Shown here: positions 1 through 13,600 of the stretch, one piece after another
Layout of the letters: every line of letters starts with the position of its first letter
How positions within the stretch are numbered: the stretch's first letter is position 1
NCBI GenBank assembly: GCA_977020255.1
Contig: CDROCS010000703.1
Location: 62,001-126,000, forward strand
Origin: Obrimoposthia wandeli
Lineage: Eukaryota
Reading direction: 5' to 3'
Length of the DNA: 64,000 bases
The notes under the pieces: generated by a model
What the model was told of the DNA's origin: nothing
What the model saw: only the letters and a program-made list of their open reading frames with translations
Databases searched by the model: none
Translations under genes and position numbers: made by a program

Positions 1-191
1 TAAAGATAATATTTAGAAGAACCAATAAATTTATTTTTATTTTTCTAAGTGATTTTCCCATCAGCTTGGGTATATAAGAATGAAAATTAAGGAAATAGAC
101 AAGCATAGACAGCATTTAAGGCCAATGAGTGTATCTGCGAAAACGAAGTGAAGAGAAGTGCAGCGGCTAAAAGTCAGCAGTTGACGATGGT

Positions 192-479
192 CTACCCAAA
201 ATGGCGTATCGCCTCCATCCATGATTGGTCACGTTGTACGATGACGGCAGGGTCGAGTCCACGTAGATCGTCATCACGCACTGTTTGGTGCCCGCGTTGT
301 AGTAGAATGACCGGAAAATCTCCACTGTTGTCAGACATTTGAATTGCAACAAGATGTAAATCCAAGTATCGTTTGTTTTCACACAGATTTCTATCAGAAT
401 TTGATGATTTATGTAACAAATTGAAAGAGATTCCACTTGATTTAGATGAACCTTTTAAATACATTTCATTTATATTCAC
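192..479 (-). CDS. orphan ORF of the Maverick-like block, probably a gene fragment
   Basis: 95-aa ORF in the co-oriented gene series; no domain recognised. Confidence 0.4.
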   Translation of the reverse strand: MNINEMYLKGSSKSSGISFNLLHKSSNSDRNLCENKRYLDLHLVAIQMSDNSGDFPVILLQRGHQTVRDDDLRGLDPAVIVQRDQSWMEAIRHFG

Positions 480-706
480 GTTCGTCGATGTCTGCTGCAG
501 ACGGCTTAATTTAGCAACATAGTGTAATTACATTGATGCCACTTATAAAAAAATGGGAATGGATTTCCAGTAATTATTTGTGGGTTCACAGATTTAGAAA
601 GAGCGATCCATCACAATCTGTCGCAGCGGATGATGATTGTATTACGGTATTTCCTGAATTAAAATAATAAATAAATATAATTACAATAATATATATAATT
701 ACAATT

Positions 707-1404
707 TTAAAAAATATAAATAAAAAAACCTAATGAAGGTAATCCAACTGAAGCTGGAATGAAGTCCTCTTCATTGACGGAATCCATCCAGCTGTCGTCC
801 GTTAACTCGACGAAATCGGATTCCTCGATGGTCTCTAACCAGCTGTTGTCGCTCCACAGAGGCTGCTCCATCTCGAAATCTGACTGGGTGATATTTTTCA
901 TCCGGTCATTGTTCGAGAATTGTGTTGCTGGTGCCAACTCCTCAAAATCGTCTTGGGAGATGTCGTTCATCCACTCATTGTTAGTCATTTGAGTGGATGA
1001 GGCAGCTGCAGAATCAGGAGACGGGAGAGAAGGACCAATCGCAGAACCGTAAACGGGTTGAACGACTACAATTGGAATTGGAGCAGGAGCTGGAGCGGCC
1101 TGTGAATCGCGCACCAATTGCACAATAGCCCTCTTCTTGTTGTTGGCCGTGAAACAGGATAGGTGATCTCGATGTTCACCGACGAAGTTTCGAACCTCCT
1201 TCTCCTCCATTGTTCTGCAGAAGAGGCAGACAAAGAATTGACTCCCATGAGACTTTGTCCGATAGTAAGAAGACATTATCTCCATGCAGGACTATCCTCA
1301 ATGCGGAGCCGAAGCACCACAATACGCAGGGAATAGGTAACAAGTAATCTGAAATTATAAATATTAATAAAGAAATAATAAATAATGTTTCTTACCATAG
1401 TCAT
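707..1404 (-). pseudogene. spliced orphan gene: N-terminal CxxC/His region followed by acidic W-M/L-x-x-I-x-E/Q-x-D-F repeats
   Basis: ATG at 1404; 47-nt GTAAG..TTTCAG intron at 1349-1395. Splicing keeps the frame of ORF 707-1285, with two in-frame stops. Confidence 0.6.
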
Positions 1405-1935
1405 TAATTCAAATAGTCGGGGATTTAAATGAAGAAAGTGTTTGCTTATATTCTAAAATTTATGCACACATGCTCTTTTCTTATTGGATGAAAAAATGAA
1501 TTTATTCCTCCACTGAGAAGGATTGTTTATCTGTTATTGGTTGATAATATTATTTTTAATATTTGTTATTCCTCCAATTAAAAGGATTATTTGTAATTGG
1601 ATGAAAATTTTATTTTGTAAATAATGAATTTCTCCAATTAGAAGAATTGTTTATCTACATGTCAAGTAATAATAAGAAAGACTTAAACATTTTTATATGC
1701 GCAATGGTCACCATGATTACGATATGGGCAGCAAATATTTCGTGGAATTTTTAATAGATGATCACGTGAAATATTTAAAGTATTTAACCTCAATTTGGGA
1801 AAATATCTTTTTAAAGTCATATATTTTTTTGCCATCCATTTCATCTAAAACATAAAAAATTCCATTTTCTATATCAAAATTAGATTTTATTGTATCGAAA
1901 ATACATATTTCACAAAAAGCCTTATGTCCTTCTTT

Positions 1936-2139
1936 CTATTTTAATAAATGAAAATAATTAGTTAGATATAAATTAGTAAATTTTTTCTTATAATCTAAAG
2001 TTTTAAACGGTATATCTATTTGATATTTGAAATGCAAAGGATGAAAAACGTCGCATACATTCATAATACATAATTCTTTTATAATATAATCACCATTTTT
2101 GTTAACGAAAGCCTCAAAATCTATGATATATTCCTGCAT
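1936..2139 (-). CDS. DEDD/DnaQ-like exonuclease N-terminal fragment
   Basis: MQEYIIDFEAF...YIIKELC...TNLYLTNYFHLL resembles an Exo-I D-x-E motif. Confidence 0.5.
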   Translation of the reverse strand: MQEYIIDFEAFVNKNGDYIIKELCIMNVCDVFHPLHFKYQIDIPFKTLDYKKKFTNLYLTNYFHLLK

Positions 2140-2244
2140 AATTACCCAAATTTGTAGCAAATCCCTTTGTTTATAACGAATAAAAAAAATCATTAATCAA
2201 AAATTTATTAAAATAACAAAGTACTCAGGATTCAGTCTTTCATG

Positions 2245-2529
2245 TTAATATTGGTATATATTGTCAATTCTCCTATGAATATTAAAATAAATTATATTAA
2301 ATGTAAACATACCTAAATATTTCGAAATTAAATTACATATTTTAGCTCCAACAATTTCTGGAGTATCATTTTCTGAGAAGTAATTTTTTTTAAAATCTTC
2401 CATTAAATCTGGAGATAATTTTATGTATAATTTATTCCAAATTTTATTATCCATTTTACAAAAAACATTACATATAAATTTGTTTATATTTAGACAATTA
2501 TGTAACATAAAATTAATCAATAAAGACAA
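2245..2529 (-). CDS. orphan ORF, AT-rich
   Basis: 94-aa ORF co-oriented within the block; no domain recognised. Confidence 0.3.
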   Translation of the reverse strand: MSLLINFMLHNCLNINKFICNVFCKMDNKIWNKLYIKLSPDLMEDFKKNYFSENDTPEIVGAKICNLISKYLGMFTFNIIYFNIHRRIDNIYQY

Positions 2530-2549
2530 AATAATAATATTCCAAAAAA

Positions 2550-2870
2550 TTATTTTTTTGTAGAAGGACCCTCTTCCGGTTTAATCTGGAGGATTCTCTT
2601 TCTTGCAGCTCGCCGGTTGTCCTCCACCTCCTCTCTTCTTTTTTCATCCAGTTTCTTTTTTTCCATTTTGATCTTTTTGTTCCACTCCACGATCCGACGT
2701 CGTTCTGCTAGCCGGCTATCTTGTATCTCCACCCGGCGATTCCACTCGGTCGCGACAGCAGCATACAAATTTTGATTGAGGACCCTCTTTCTTAAGTCTC
2801 CTTTCTTCTCATTTCTTCTGATGTTTTCTTCTTTCTTCGTCAAGAGACTTTGCATTTTATTACATTCCAT
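2550..2870 (-). CDS. basic, charged coiled-coil orphan protein (106 aa)
   Basis: K/R/E-rich ORF, GC-richer than its flanks, with TATA and CCAAT motifs upstream (2900-3060). Confidence 0.6.
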   Translation of the reverse strand: MECNKMQSLLTKKEENIRRNEKKGDLRKRVLNQNLYAAVATEWNRRVEIQDSRLAERRRIVEWNKKIKMEKKKLDEKRREEVEDNRRAARKRILQIKPEEGPSTKK

Positions 2871-3192
2871 TTTTAGTTATGAAGAGGTAAATAAATTTGA
2901 ACCTATATATATATAAATTTAAGATATTTTTAATCCAATCACAGGCAAATAAATGAATTATTTTTATTTATCAAATTAGAGTTTAATAAATCTATAACTA
3001 ATTATTGCATTTATATTTAAACCTAAAAACAATTTAAATGATTCCTTATTAATCCAATCACATTCGAATAAGTTAACTATATTTTTCATCTTGATATTTT
3101 AATAAACTTAAAGATAGTATTTTAATATTACTAACTTTGTAAAAGTAATTAAATTTTTTTTTAAATAAATATTAAGAAGAAAACACATGAAA

Positions 3193-4691
3193 TTATTTCT
3201 TATAAATTATATCTTTAAAAATCTTTACAAAGTCATCATTGGGATCATCCTCATCGAAATCCCTCCGACTGAGTATTATTGGAGAAAGTGGTACTGGCTC
3301 CTTCTTCTTTGGCCAGCCCGGTTTCTTTTTCAGCTTCACCGGTTGTTGTGCAGCAATTACCGTTCCCTGAGGTTTTAAAATTAGTTTGCGCAACTTTTTG
3401 GGAGGAGGTGCAGCCGATGTTGATGTCCCCGACATAGAAGTAATGGCCTTCCTCTTCCGTGGAGCTTTCTTCAGTTTATCCTCCTTCTCACTCTGTAGCT
3501 GACGTGAGACGGCATCCTGTTGCCCTCACGAATCTGGAAGCATTGCCAGTGTATCCAGTTCCACCAGGAATTCGTCCAATCCAGCTTCATCCCAGGCCCT
3601 CTTCAAGTTCTGGCTGGTTGTAGGACGAGGAGAAGCAGTCTCCCAAGCCCTGGCCAAATTTTGGCTGATATTTAATGGAGTCCATGCTGTCTCCTGCAGG
3701 CTTCTTTGACTGAGAGCAGGACTAATCTCGATCGGAGAGACTGGGATCTTCTTGTACAGAATTGGCCTGTCGACCACCGGAGATGAGAGAATCTCCTGCC
3801 GTCCAACCACTGTCTCAGAAGAATTTGGAATTGTGGTGCAACATTTTCTCGAGCGCATCAACTTCTTAACCTCTGCTCGCTTCGTCCGTTTCTTGGGGAA
3901 TGGAGCAATTTCTCCCCAAGTCTCCTCAATTATCCAGACAGGTTCCTGCAACAACAAAACAACATTAATAAAATTGTTAAATAAAATTTTTAAATAAAAA
4001 AATATAATGAAATATTAAAACATTATTCATGCACCGTATTGTCTGCTATCGGAGTTGGAGTGAGACCATCCCAATTGTCAGTGAACAGGCGCCACTCGTC
4101 CTCGTCCAATTCTGTCACCATCGACTCGTTTACGGCTGGGGCTTCGATACTTGGCTGTATCCATTCATCAATGAATGGATTCAAGTCCTCCTCTCCATCC
4201 GACGGTACGTCATTGGTTAACAGCTCCTCGTCTGAATCTGGTGCAAGGACTATATCCGGCTGAGACAGCGGGATCAATTTCCAGGGGCGTTAGATTGCCG
4301 CCTCAAAATTGTCAAAGAGATTGGATCTCCTTGCTTCTACTGTTGAAGTTGCTGGACGAGTGGCCTCTGTGTTCTGGCGGTGAGTACAGTCTTTCCAATT
4401 CTCAATCGTATCCTAACTAGTCAGGTCGATTTATTGGGATATCTGTACCCTACCTCTCGCATCCATTGATTCTTCTCTTGGAGTTGGCCTGGCCAATGGC
4501 GATTCTTCTAGTAACAGCTCCGCTCTTGCTGCTGCTTCTCCTTCGTATCCTTCGCTCACCACCGACGAGTCTAGACTAAGTAAGTCAATGTACTGCAACG
4601 GTGGTGGCGTTCTCTGCTGTACTGGAGAGAGATCCCCATACAGCTGAATCTCCATCTCTTCGTCGAGGTCACCGTTGTTGAAAATAGGCAT
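3193..4691 (-). pseudogene. large disordered acidic/basic protein gene with one intron and in-frame stops
   Basis: ORFs 4431-4736, 4023-4277, 3526-3957 and 3193-3435 join into one frame once the 89-nt GT..AG intron at 3946-4034 is removed (..DNT/EPVW..). Internal TAA/TAG/TGA stops; C-terminal basic NLS-like PPPKKLRK. Confidence 0.7.
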
Positions 4692-4873
4692 TCTTGATTT
4701 ATGAAAAATAATAAAAAGAGGTCTCCTTATATACAAAAAACAACAGACTAATCCTCTTTTTTATCATACAATGAGAGCGGGTTATTCAAATAATTTATTT
4801 GAAAAATCCATAGGCTTTTCTCAATTTTTTAACTACGTTTGAATGTGAGAATGTCATTGGATAAAAAAATATT

Positions 4874-4907
4874 GGGGGGTGGATTAGACTGGACACATGC
4901 ACCTACT
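4874..4907 (-). repeat. Maverick-type TIR, family A
   Basis: Reverse complement starts AGTAG; matches the ends at 13479, 13658, 35615 and 52197. Confidence 0.8.
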
Positions 4908-7576
4908 GTTTTGGTCCAGGAACGGAGAATTCATTTAAAAAATTAAATGAATTGGCTATATTTATAAACCTGGTCTAAAACATATTAGGAGAAAATTAAG
5001 TTTAAAAAAATTAAAACTCCAAAAATGAGTGTAGAAAAGAGTTTAACTTACTTTAACATTCAGTTAGTTAACCTCAGGTGACTTGGACCGACTATATTAG
5101 TCAGTCTTTGTGAAAGTAAATTGTAAAGTTTACGTTTTCGATTAATACGCATTCGAGTGATACATCGGCTCAAATATGTTCTTCGGAAAATCTCTCAAAA
5201 GCTTTCTCAACGTTCATACACATTTCAATGATGAAAGAGCGTTTTCAGTGTAGACGATATCCGCAATATTGAACTCGTCGGCATGTACGTCATCAGCTTC
5301 CTTTTTTTGAAAATGTGAAAAATGTAAATTTAATGTAAAATCGCATTTTAAAACAAACCATCCGCTCCCCTAATACCAAACAAGATAATGTCGTCAGTCA
5401 TCTCTTCTCTGGTGGAAATAATTCGTTGTTGACCAAAACGTTGTTATAGACTTTTACTTACCATTTTTTACATTGGCATTTGAAATTTAAGATGATGTCG
5501 TCATCACAACACTGTAAAATAGATGTAGAGTTGATAGTTTTTTTAGTATTTCATCGCCTTGTAAAACTTTGTCAGGGACTCTTGAAATAAAACCGTATTC
5601 ATCTAGACTACCTAGTTTCCCTTCCAAACGACATTAGCAAGCAGTGAAAAGCTTTTTAAATAGTAAAAATTTCGGTGTGCTAGCTCCTTAATTAAGGTGG
5701 GTTGATAACTTCCCGAAATATTAAAACAAGCAAATAATTTATCGATGCACACATATTTTATGCGTGTCTTTTATATGCTCTATTGCATTTTTATCAGTTC
5801 GTCCGTTTTATTGTTTGAAGAAAAGTATCCACTTACAAGGAGTCGGATCACAAGGGTGGCCAATAAATGAACGTTTTATGAAGCAAATGTCGATAGTTGG
5901 GATGGAACTTCTTCTCTTGTGTACGTGGTTGATTACTTTTTCTTCTGTCACCAATGCAAGCAGATTCTAAATTGTAGAAAATTGTTCCAAAAAAAATTAT
6001 ACAAATTATATTGATGTTTTATATAAAATATATTAACATATTTAATGAGTAGTATGATTAACTTTTAATTAATATATAAATTTGTGTTACAATTAATGCA
6101 GTGTTTATTTGCTAATTATGTTAATGCAATTCGTCAAAATTAACCACTGACGTAAAATATAATTAAAAGTAACTGAAAAACAAAGAATATAAATTAAAAA
6201 TCGAAATGTGTCTAAAATAATGTCAAATTTCATGTCTAAAATTTTATTGCTTTTCACATTAACAACCAGTACAATTTCAACTTTAAAATCTGTCCTAGTC
6301 CAATAAATGCATTTGCGAATCTCTGCAGAGAAGTATCACTCAATTTCTATATTAGTCACAATTATTTACTAAATAAATCCAGTCGTAGTAGGACAAACCA
6401 AGGTTGTTGTTCACAACAAGTATATATAAAAATCATTTCTCACACTAATGGCAGAGAATGTGCTGGATGGCTTCTGAGAAAAATAATCTGTGATTTATAA
6501 AAAGATGGGAGTCGTAGTCAATAAAATGGCCATAACCGTATACATTTCAGAGCTTTACACGTGTCCACCAAATTTGGGTCTCATGCCCGTGTACAACTGG
6601 GACAATTATGTAATCCTGGTTAGATTTTGCACAAATTGACAGAAACTATTCCGCACACATTCAGAAACTACACACACGGCTTCAGCACATTTGGTCAATT
6701 ATGCCGTGGTAAGTGTTCCACTAAACTTGTATGGGATTTAACACATGCTTTTTGCATTAGAGTAACATTGGCATCCAACATGTTACTGAGCAATATGCTA
6801 TTTTTTATTCGCGATTACCACATTTTATATTTGAAATAGCCGCATTTAAATATATTTAAACAAGTAGAATTAATTACTAAATTTATTTGGAATATAATGG
6901 TTATTAAAAATTGCTTTTATTTTATTTAATATTTAAAAATATTAAATTGGAAAAAATATAAAATAATAATTTCATAAAATCAAGAATATATTTGCTAAAT
7001 TAAGGGATTACTGTTAATTATTCCCCATATAAGAGGTACATTGTAGCAGTTATAATTTGATAATCAGTGTATCGGCATTAAATTTGTGCATAAGTAATGC
7101 TGTTGATAGGGGAATCGAATATCAACTACGATATCTACTATTAACCTCATGACTATCATCATCATTCGTATCATCATCAAGATCATCGTCATCATCATCC
7201 TAAATGTTTTGATTACATCGCTTACAGGCTTGTCTATGCATCGCCATTAGTAATCAGGACTGATGTTTGTTATACATGTATCATGCGCGCGCATTTAACT
7301 GTAGAATTGTCGACATATTATGCAAGCGAACAACGTTCATTTCCCTATCAATACATGTGTGTAAATGTGCATAATTCTAACCAAGACAAAAAGCAGTGAA
7401 GACCAGTATAAATTGGAATTACTTACTTTTATTCAATTTTGCCACTGATTGCCACAGGAACAGTGGGCAGATTATAAAATATCAGTTACACATTTCTATT
7501 TGCAATGAGTCTCCCATTTTGGCACAATTCGGACATTGACACCACTGGATGATTTTTACCTTCCACTGACGACTAC

Positions 7577-7619
7577 ATGACTGCCGTTCTCTTCTTCGGC
7601 ATTGCTCTTCTGATTTCAC
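7577..7619 (+). CDS. host gene exon 1, signal peptide MTAVLFFGIALLIS
   Basis: ATG, hydrophobic run, donor GTAAGT at 7620 (phase 1). Joins exon 2 to give ...LISREAAG/NAVV. Confidence 0.75.
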
Positions 7620-10600
7620 GTAAGTTCATCATTTGGATTGGTCACTATTTACTAAAAATAATCTTTTATTTAATAGCAACATTCCAACAAATTGTGGCTG
7701 TGTTTAAAATAAACAAATAGAGATGTTTAATTTGTGATTTGCATAGTTAACGCGAATAATTGTGTAAAATCTGCAGTTTTAAATTAGAAATTTTATTGAT
7801 TTTACATTAAAATTGTTACAATCAAAGACGTAAATAATGACATAAACGTAAATATGTTGCCAATTGATGCATGATTTAGAAAAAACACATTATATTAGCT
7901 GAATAGACTTACTTCTAAACAGTGTTTTCATAAAAAACGTAAGAATAAAATTATTACAAAATTAATATAATTTTCGTTGCAATTTATTAAATAAATTTTG
8001 TAACCTAAAAATGTATTTGTACGAATTAATTCAAAACATTTATTTTCTCATTACAATTTTAATATTTTAATATTTTAAAATAATTTTAGATAATTAATCA
8101 AATATTTATGTTAAAGAAAAATTATTTTCAGTGGCTTTTTCAATTTCAGAAAAATGAAAAATGAGGAAATTTTAATTTAAAAAATAAAATATTAACTGTT
8201 AAAACATTTTATCAATTTCAATATATAAAGTAGACAAGATATACATTGTACTGATTGGTATGTTTTGAAGAAATGCATTTTGGTTAGTGCATTTTAATTA
8301 TTTAATTAAATAAGTACTTTACCAAACAAAGTATAGAATAGATGAATTCATAATAAATTAAAATATTAAATTTCTTGTTCTATTGAATAATACATCAAAT
8401 TATTTTTAAACTTCAATTTAGTTTGCATAAATATTGCATAATTTTTAATTTTTTTGATCATTTTTAAAACTCTTATTTATAACAAAGCAAAAAATTATTT
8501 CCAGTTTTCTTTTCTTATTTTTATTTAAATTGATAACTCGCTTGCACAAAAAAGTAGGTTTTAACTAAACTACCCGCAGATACAACAAAATTGAAGAAGG
8601 AACTGGGATCACTTTCTAGAAATAAGTCTAGCAACAATGCAGAATTGAAACTGACATTGGTTTGATTATAATTATTTACCAAGTTTTGTAATAAGTAATT
8701 ATTCAAACAAATTTTGTTGATTTTTTAAATATTATTTATTTTTTACTACAAAAAATATCACTAATAAAATGTCTTATAGAATATTATGTTGAATTTGTAT
8801 TTTTATAAAAGTACAGTAATTCAATCAGGGCTGGATTGACCTAAAAGCGGTTTGAGATATGAATGCTAGATATTTAAATTAATGAACGAAACCATTTACT
8901 CACGAAGAAAGTGAAGACAAAACATTAAATTAAAATTAAGGCACCAAAAGATATTTCATCCAATTTTTTATGGAAGTTTGAAAATTTTCAAACTTTAACT
9001 TACCTCTTATTGGATCCTAATCGACAAATCTTATTTTCTTTGAAACCGCGATACATCATGTACATTGTCTTTAAAAATTGTCCACACATTTTCTAATTGG
9101 TGCTTTTGTTGCTAAGTAAAATTTGAGCCTAAAGTTTCTCCTATTGTAGGAAAAACATCACCATCCAACATCAATAAAAATAATTCGATTGTTGCACGGA
9201 TGGATTTTGATAAATAAAAATACAAGGTAAATACACACATATATTAAATCAATAATTAATCAAAATAATAGCCTTCTGTGTCCAACATTTCTTAAAAAGA
9301 TTTAAAACCTGTTTGAAAAAATTCACCGGTATACAAAATGATGTAGTTTTTAATATCTGCGATAGACCACCAAATAGTTTCACAAATTTGTTTTGGTACA
9401 ATGTTTGTCTGTGGTGTATCGTCCCTCTCACACTGCTGATATAAACGCTTCCTATTGTTGTACTTTATCCACTTTCAGCACAAGTATTTAAACGTTCCAA
9501 AACACAGAAATAATTTTTTCTAAATAAAAGTGATCAACTAATCGTAAATGTTTTTATTTTAAAAAAAAATTATTCATGAGGTATTTATTTTCCTAGCTTT
9601 TTCACTATATTTAGGATTTTGTTTTACAGCTTGCCTCGCGTTGTCTACGGTATTCTAAGTTAGTGAGGTCAAACTTAAACTTTTCAAGCCATATTTAAGT
9701 GGTTCTGCCATAAGCAAAACTTACACCAAACGTTATATTTATATTTCTGAATGCTTTCGCTGCCTTGTGACTTATTTTATTTTATATTAAAAATAATTCG
9801 TTTATGGTTTTGATCCATACCAAATTTTGAGTACCTATTCTAATTTAAAAATATAAACGAATAATGTGAGTACATAATTTGGTTCATTAAAACTAGTATA
9901 AAGATGTATTGAAATTTTGACATTGCAAATCGACATTAATTATGCATCAATTATTTTATTTTTATAAAAAAATCTGCGCAGTTGTTGGCCAATTTGATAA
10001 AACATAATGCAATTTTTCTAGAAATACAAAAAATATTTTGTTCTTAATTACAATTATATATTACTTTAGAAATTACTTTCATATATATTGTTTAAACCGT
10101 TTTTAATTATTATTTGTTTAGATAATAATGTATGTTTAATTTTATTAACTTTTCATTTAACAATAATATTTCAAATGATTAATAAGTTCACTATACAATA
10201 AAAGAATATAAATAATTATTAAAATATTACTAATTCTGGTTCTTTTCTGAAGTTTTAGTTAATTTTATGTTTTACTTAGAAAATAAATAATAAATTTGAT
10301 TAGTGATACTTCATCATGTGTTCATGAATAAATAAAGTTAATTATAATCAAGACTGTAAAAAATATTCACTGTAAAAAATATTAGTCTAAATTAAAACCC
10401 CATGATTAAATAGATAATTTAGGTATACATACACAAACATCTCTATAAATAAGAGCATTTAAACTATAAAATGCTCAGAAATCATCCTGTCCGATTAGGT
10501 GATTCCAATAAAACTATTTTCACATGATATTACACAAAACATACCGAGAAATTCTATTCCAATGGGTGTTCTACCCTTAATTTGACCAAAAATTTAATAT

Positions 10601-13600
10601 TTTTTTAGATTTTTCATAATAATTTGTTAATTTTAAAATTTTTAATTCTCTGAATTTAGTTGCAAAATTTTTTAATTATTTGGTAAGAAATTTAAGTTTG
10701 GTAAGTTTTATATATGTATATATATATGTCTTCATTTCCGGTTTAGGTTGAAATGCCTAAAAAGCTGGTGTTTTCAGAAACAGAAAGTTTCAATTTTGGA
10801 AAGTTTATTGAAGCAGATACTAAAAAAGGATACCTTGACTCCTTTACTGTTTGGGGGAAAAGAAGCAAAACTTCTCGGTTACATGGACACCTTGAATAAT
10901 AGAAAATATGTTTATGAGTTCTATAGGCAAAAGTATAATAACTGTAAGTATTTATACATTAATGGAAATTGGTGTATTAATTTATTCGAATAGAGAAAAT
11001 GCAATTGGAGTGTATATCCGTATTTCAGAAAAACATACTTATTTTAAACAAGATCCTGAAATGATTCCAGATTTTATTGTTCCTACGAACTTGTGCACTT
11101 CGGATTTGAAACGCTATATACAGTGATCTGCAAAACAAATCAAACAAGATCCTTTACTACACATTACTATTTAAATTATCTAAAGACACAAATATAACTT
11201 CTCATTTCTTACACAATAGTTTATTTTCTATTACATACGAAATCGCTGCAGAAAAGTACCAAAATCAGAATTACCCCAATTTATTAACAAATCTACTTTG
11301 TAAACGTTGGCAGACAAAAATATAACCGAACTTTCGAAACCAAAGAAACATTTTGGATTTTAAAAATAAATATAAAGTGGCTAATTTCTTATGATTTCTT
11401 CTATTTCTTTCTCTCATTCTTTTTCCCACTCATTAGTAGAATAAACAACCTAATATAATTTGTGTATATTCAAAAGTATTTTAAGGGATCCTCATGTACT
11501 AAATTATATAAAAGTACAACTTAAATATAACTTAATAAAACCTAAAAGAAAACTATTTGAGTAACCTAACGTTACGAATTCGTAAGTAAGAATAATAATA
11601 AACAAATTTAGTTGATTTAATATATGTAACTGATCTGAAAATTATAAATTTAAAACGGAATCAAATCATAATTTTCGAAAGTTCAAATTGAAATACGACC
11701 TTCAAGTTGTTCAGTTAACACTTGAAAAAATTAACATGAATGTAATGGCTTATTCAACGAGTTACAAGGACAAGTCAATTAGAAGAGAGAAACCAATTTA
11801 TCATTGGCGACTGATAGTTCAGCACGATTCACTATGAACTGAAGGCTACCATATATCTTGAGTACCTACTGACAATTTAACAGGTTTTGAAGACTCGCAG
11901 ATATCGACAAAAATATTTACGAAGTATAACAATTTCTTTACGACTAATATTTATGCATTTGAGCAGGTTTCACACACTAAAATATATCAATAATGTACAT
12001 CAATTCAATTACGATTATAAAACTGATGAACTACCATTGTTTTGAAAGCAAGAAAATTGTAAATCCAAATCATCTCAATGGCACAACCAAAGGTACTATA
12101 CCAGTCAGGGTGTAAGGGTTGATAGCAAGATAGGTAATGCAGATAAATCGGATAGAAAACATGGACGTTGAGTTGGAATGATGTAATCACCGTTATCGAT
12201 TCGTTGCATCTGAAACGTTTTAATATGTTGCTGTGTGGTCCTTGGCTTTTCCAGAAAAAAAGTGCGAGACTTCATTCGATTTTGTTGACCAATGCATATT
12301 TAATTAGGTTTACGTACCTCAATGCAAAAAATGTCATATAGCTTTATAAGGAAATATTGAAAGACTTTTATAAAAAAAATATAGTGACGTTCGAAATTAT
12401 CTATTTTATTTAATAGAGTTTAATTTTAAGTTGTAAAAACAACTAAAGTAAATGTCAAAATAATTTTCAAGAAAATATCATGTTATATCAGCTATCAGAC
12501 GTTGTTTATAAATCTAATCATAAATTGAATCAAAAAATCATCTTTCAATAATTTTGGAAATGGCTTTTGATGGCGTTTACATGTTATGAACAATATATAT
12601 GTATGAAAAGTAAACTATTTAGTTCAAAAGGATTTTTATAGATTAGATTACAGATTTAATATTATTTGAAAATATATTCAAAGTTTAATATTAAATTAAT
12701 AATGTTTGCTAATATATAATATATATTATATATAATAAAACGTTGTTTTAACTGCTTATTTGTATCTCATTTTTTATTTTAAAAAAATATTTAAATCATA
12801 CAAATATTTTTGATTAACAATAGTTATATTTTTATGCTAAATATTTTAAATATATGTCAACTTGAATAAATTTAAATAAAATAATATTCATATGATAACT
12901 GATTTTTTTTATTAATTTTACTATGACTGATTTCAAATTAAAATGTTTTCATTGAAATCTCGAGCTCTGATTATAATTGTAATTTTAAAAGTTTTAAACA
13001 ACAATTATACATTTTAATAAAATTTAAGCAATGATATAGTTTATCTTAATACAGTGATCCGATAAAAACTATATAGAAGTTCTTATAAAAATAAAATTAT
13101 TTTATTTTATGAATATAAATTAAAATTTTCATTTTGATTCAAAAAAAAATTTCTACTTCATCAAGTTCACAGATTTAAACTGTACAAGAATCTTCAATGA
13201 AAAAACTCACTTTAACATTATAACATCATATTTTTGGTTTTTATACCAATATTCTACTCTCCAAACTATTCTTTTGCAGATTATTTAATTTTATTCTATT
13301 TGTGTGCTTTATATATTCAAAGATATTATGAAGGAAAATTGAAAACAAGAAGCACATTTGAGTAATAAATCATTGACCCAACAAATATTAGCACTCAATT
13401 TTTTGAAACATCTTACATTAATATATTTTAATAAAAAGGAAACGATTAATCGTTTTTCTATAAATATTTAAACTGTGTAGTAGGTGGATGTGTCCAGTCT
13501 AATCCACTCCCCCCTCCACGTTGCTTTTTCAATTTAAAAAAAAAAATCGCGTACACACATGCACGAAATTTCACTCCACACACATGCACGGTTTTAAAGG

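Larger units (their letters stand above)
1..4907 (-). mobile_element. Maverick/Polinton-like element, terminal gene block (left boundary probably outside the window)
   Basis: Tandem minus-strand orphan ORFs ending at a TIR (4874-4907, rc AGTAGGTGCATGTGTCCAGTCTAATCCACCCCCC). Its 3440-3900 part is homologous to 53888-54300, which sits beside the packaging ATPase. Confidence 0.7.

Noticed and set aside
5150-5620. RhoGAP-like remnant on minus (FGIRGSG; LLRDFPKNIF)
   Set aside because: Motif similarity too weak and interrupted by stops; needs an HMM search.
10748-11126. Two overlapping small ORFs as a gene
   Set aside because: No recognisable domain, splice context or homologue in the window.
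11700-12250. Possible hAT C-terminal dimerisation remnant
   Set aside because: Only scattered residues across shifted frames; no TIR or TSD found.
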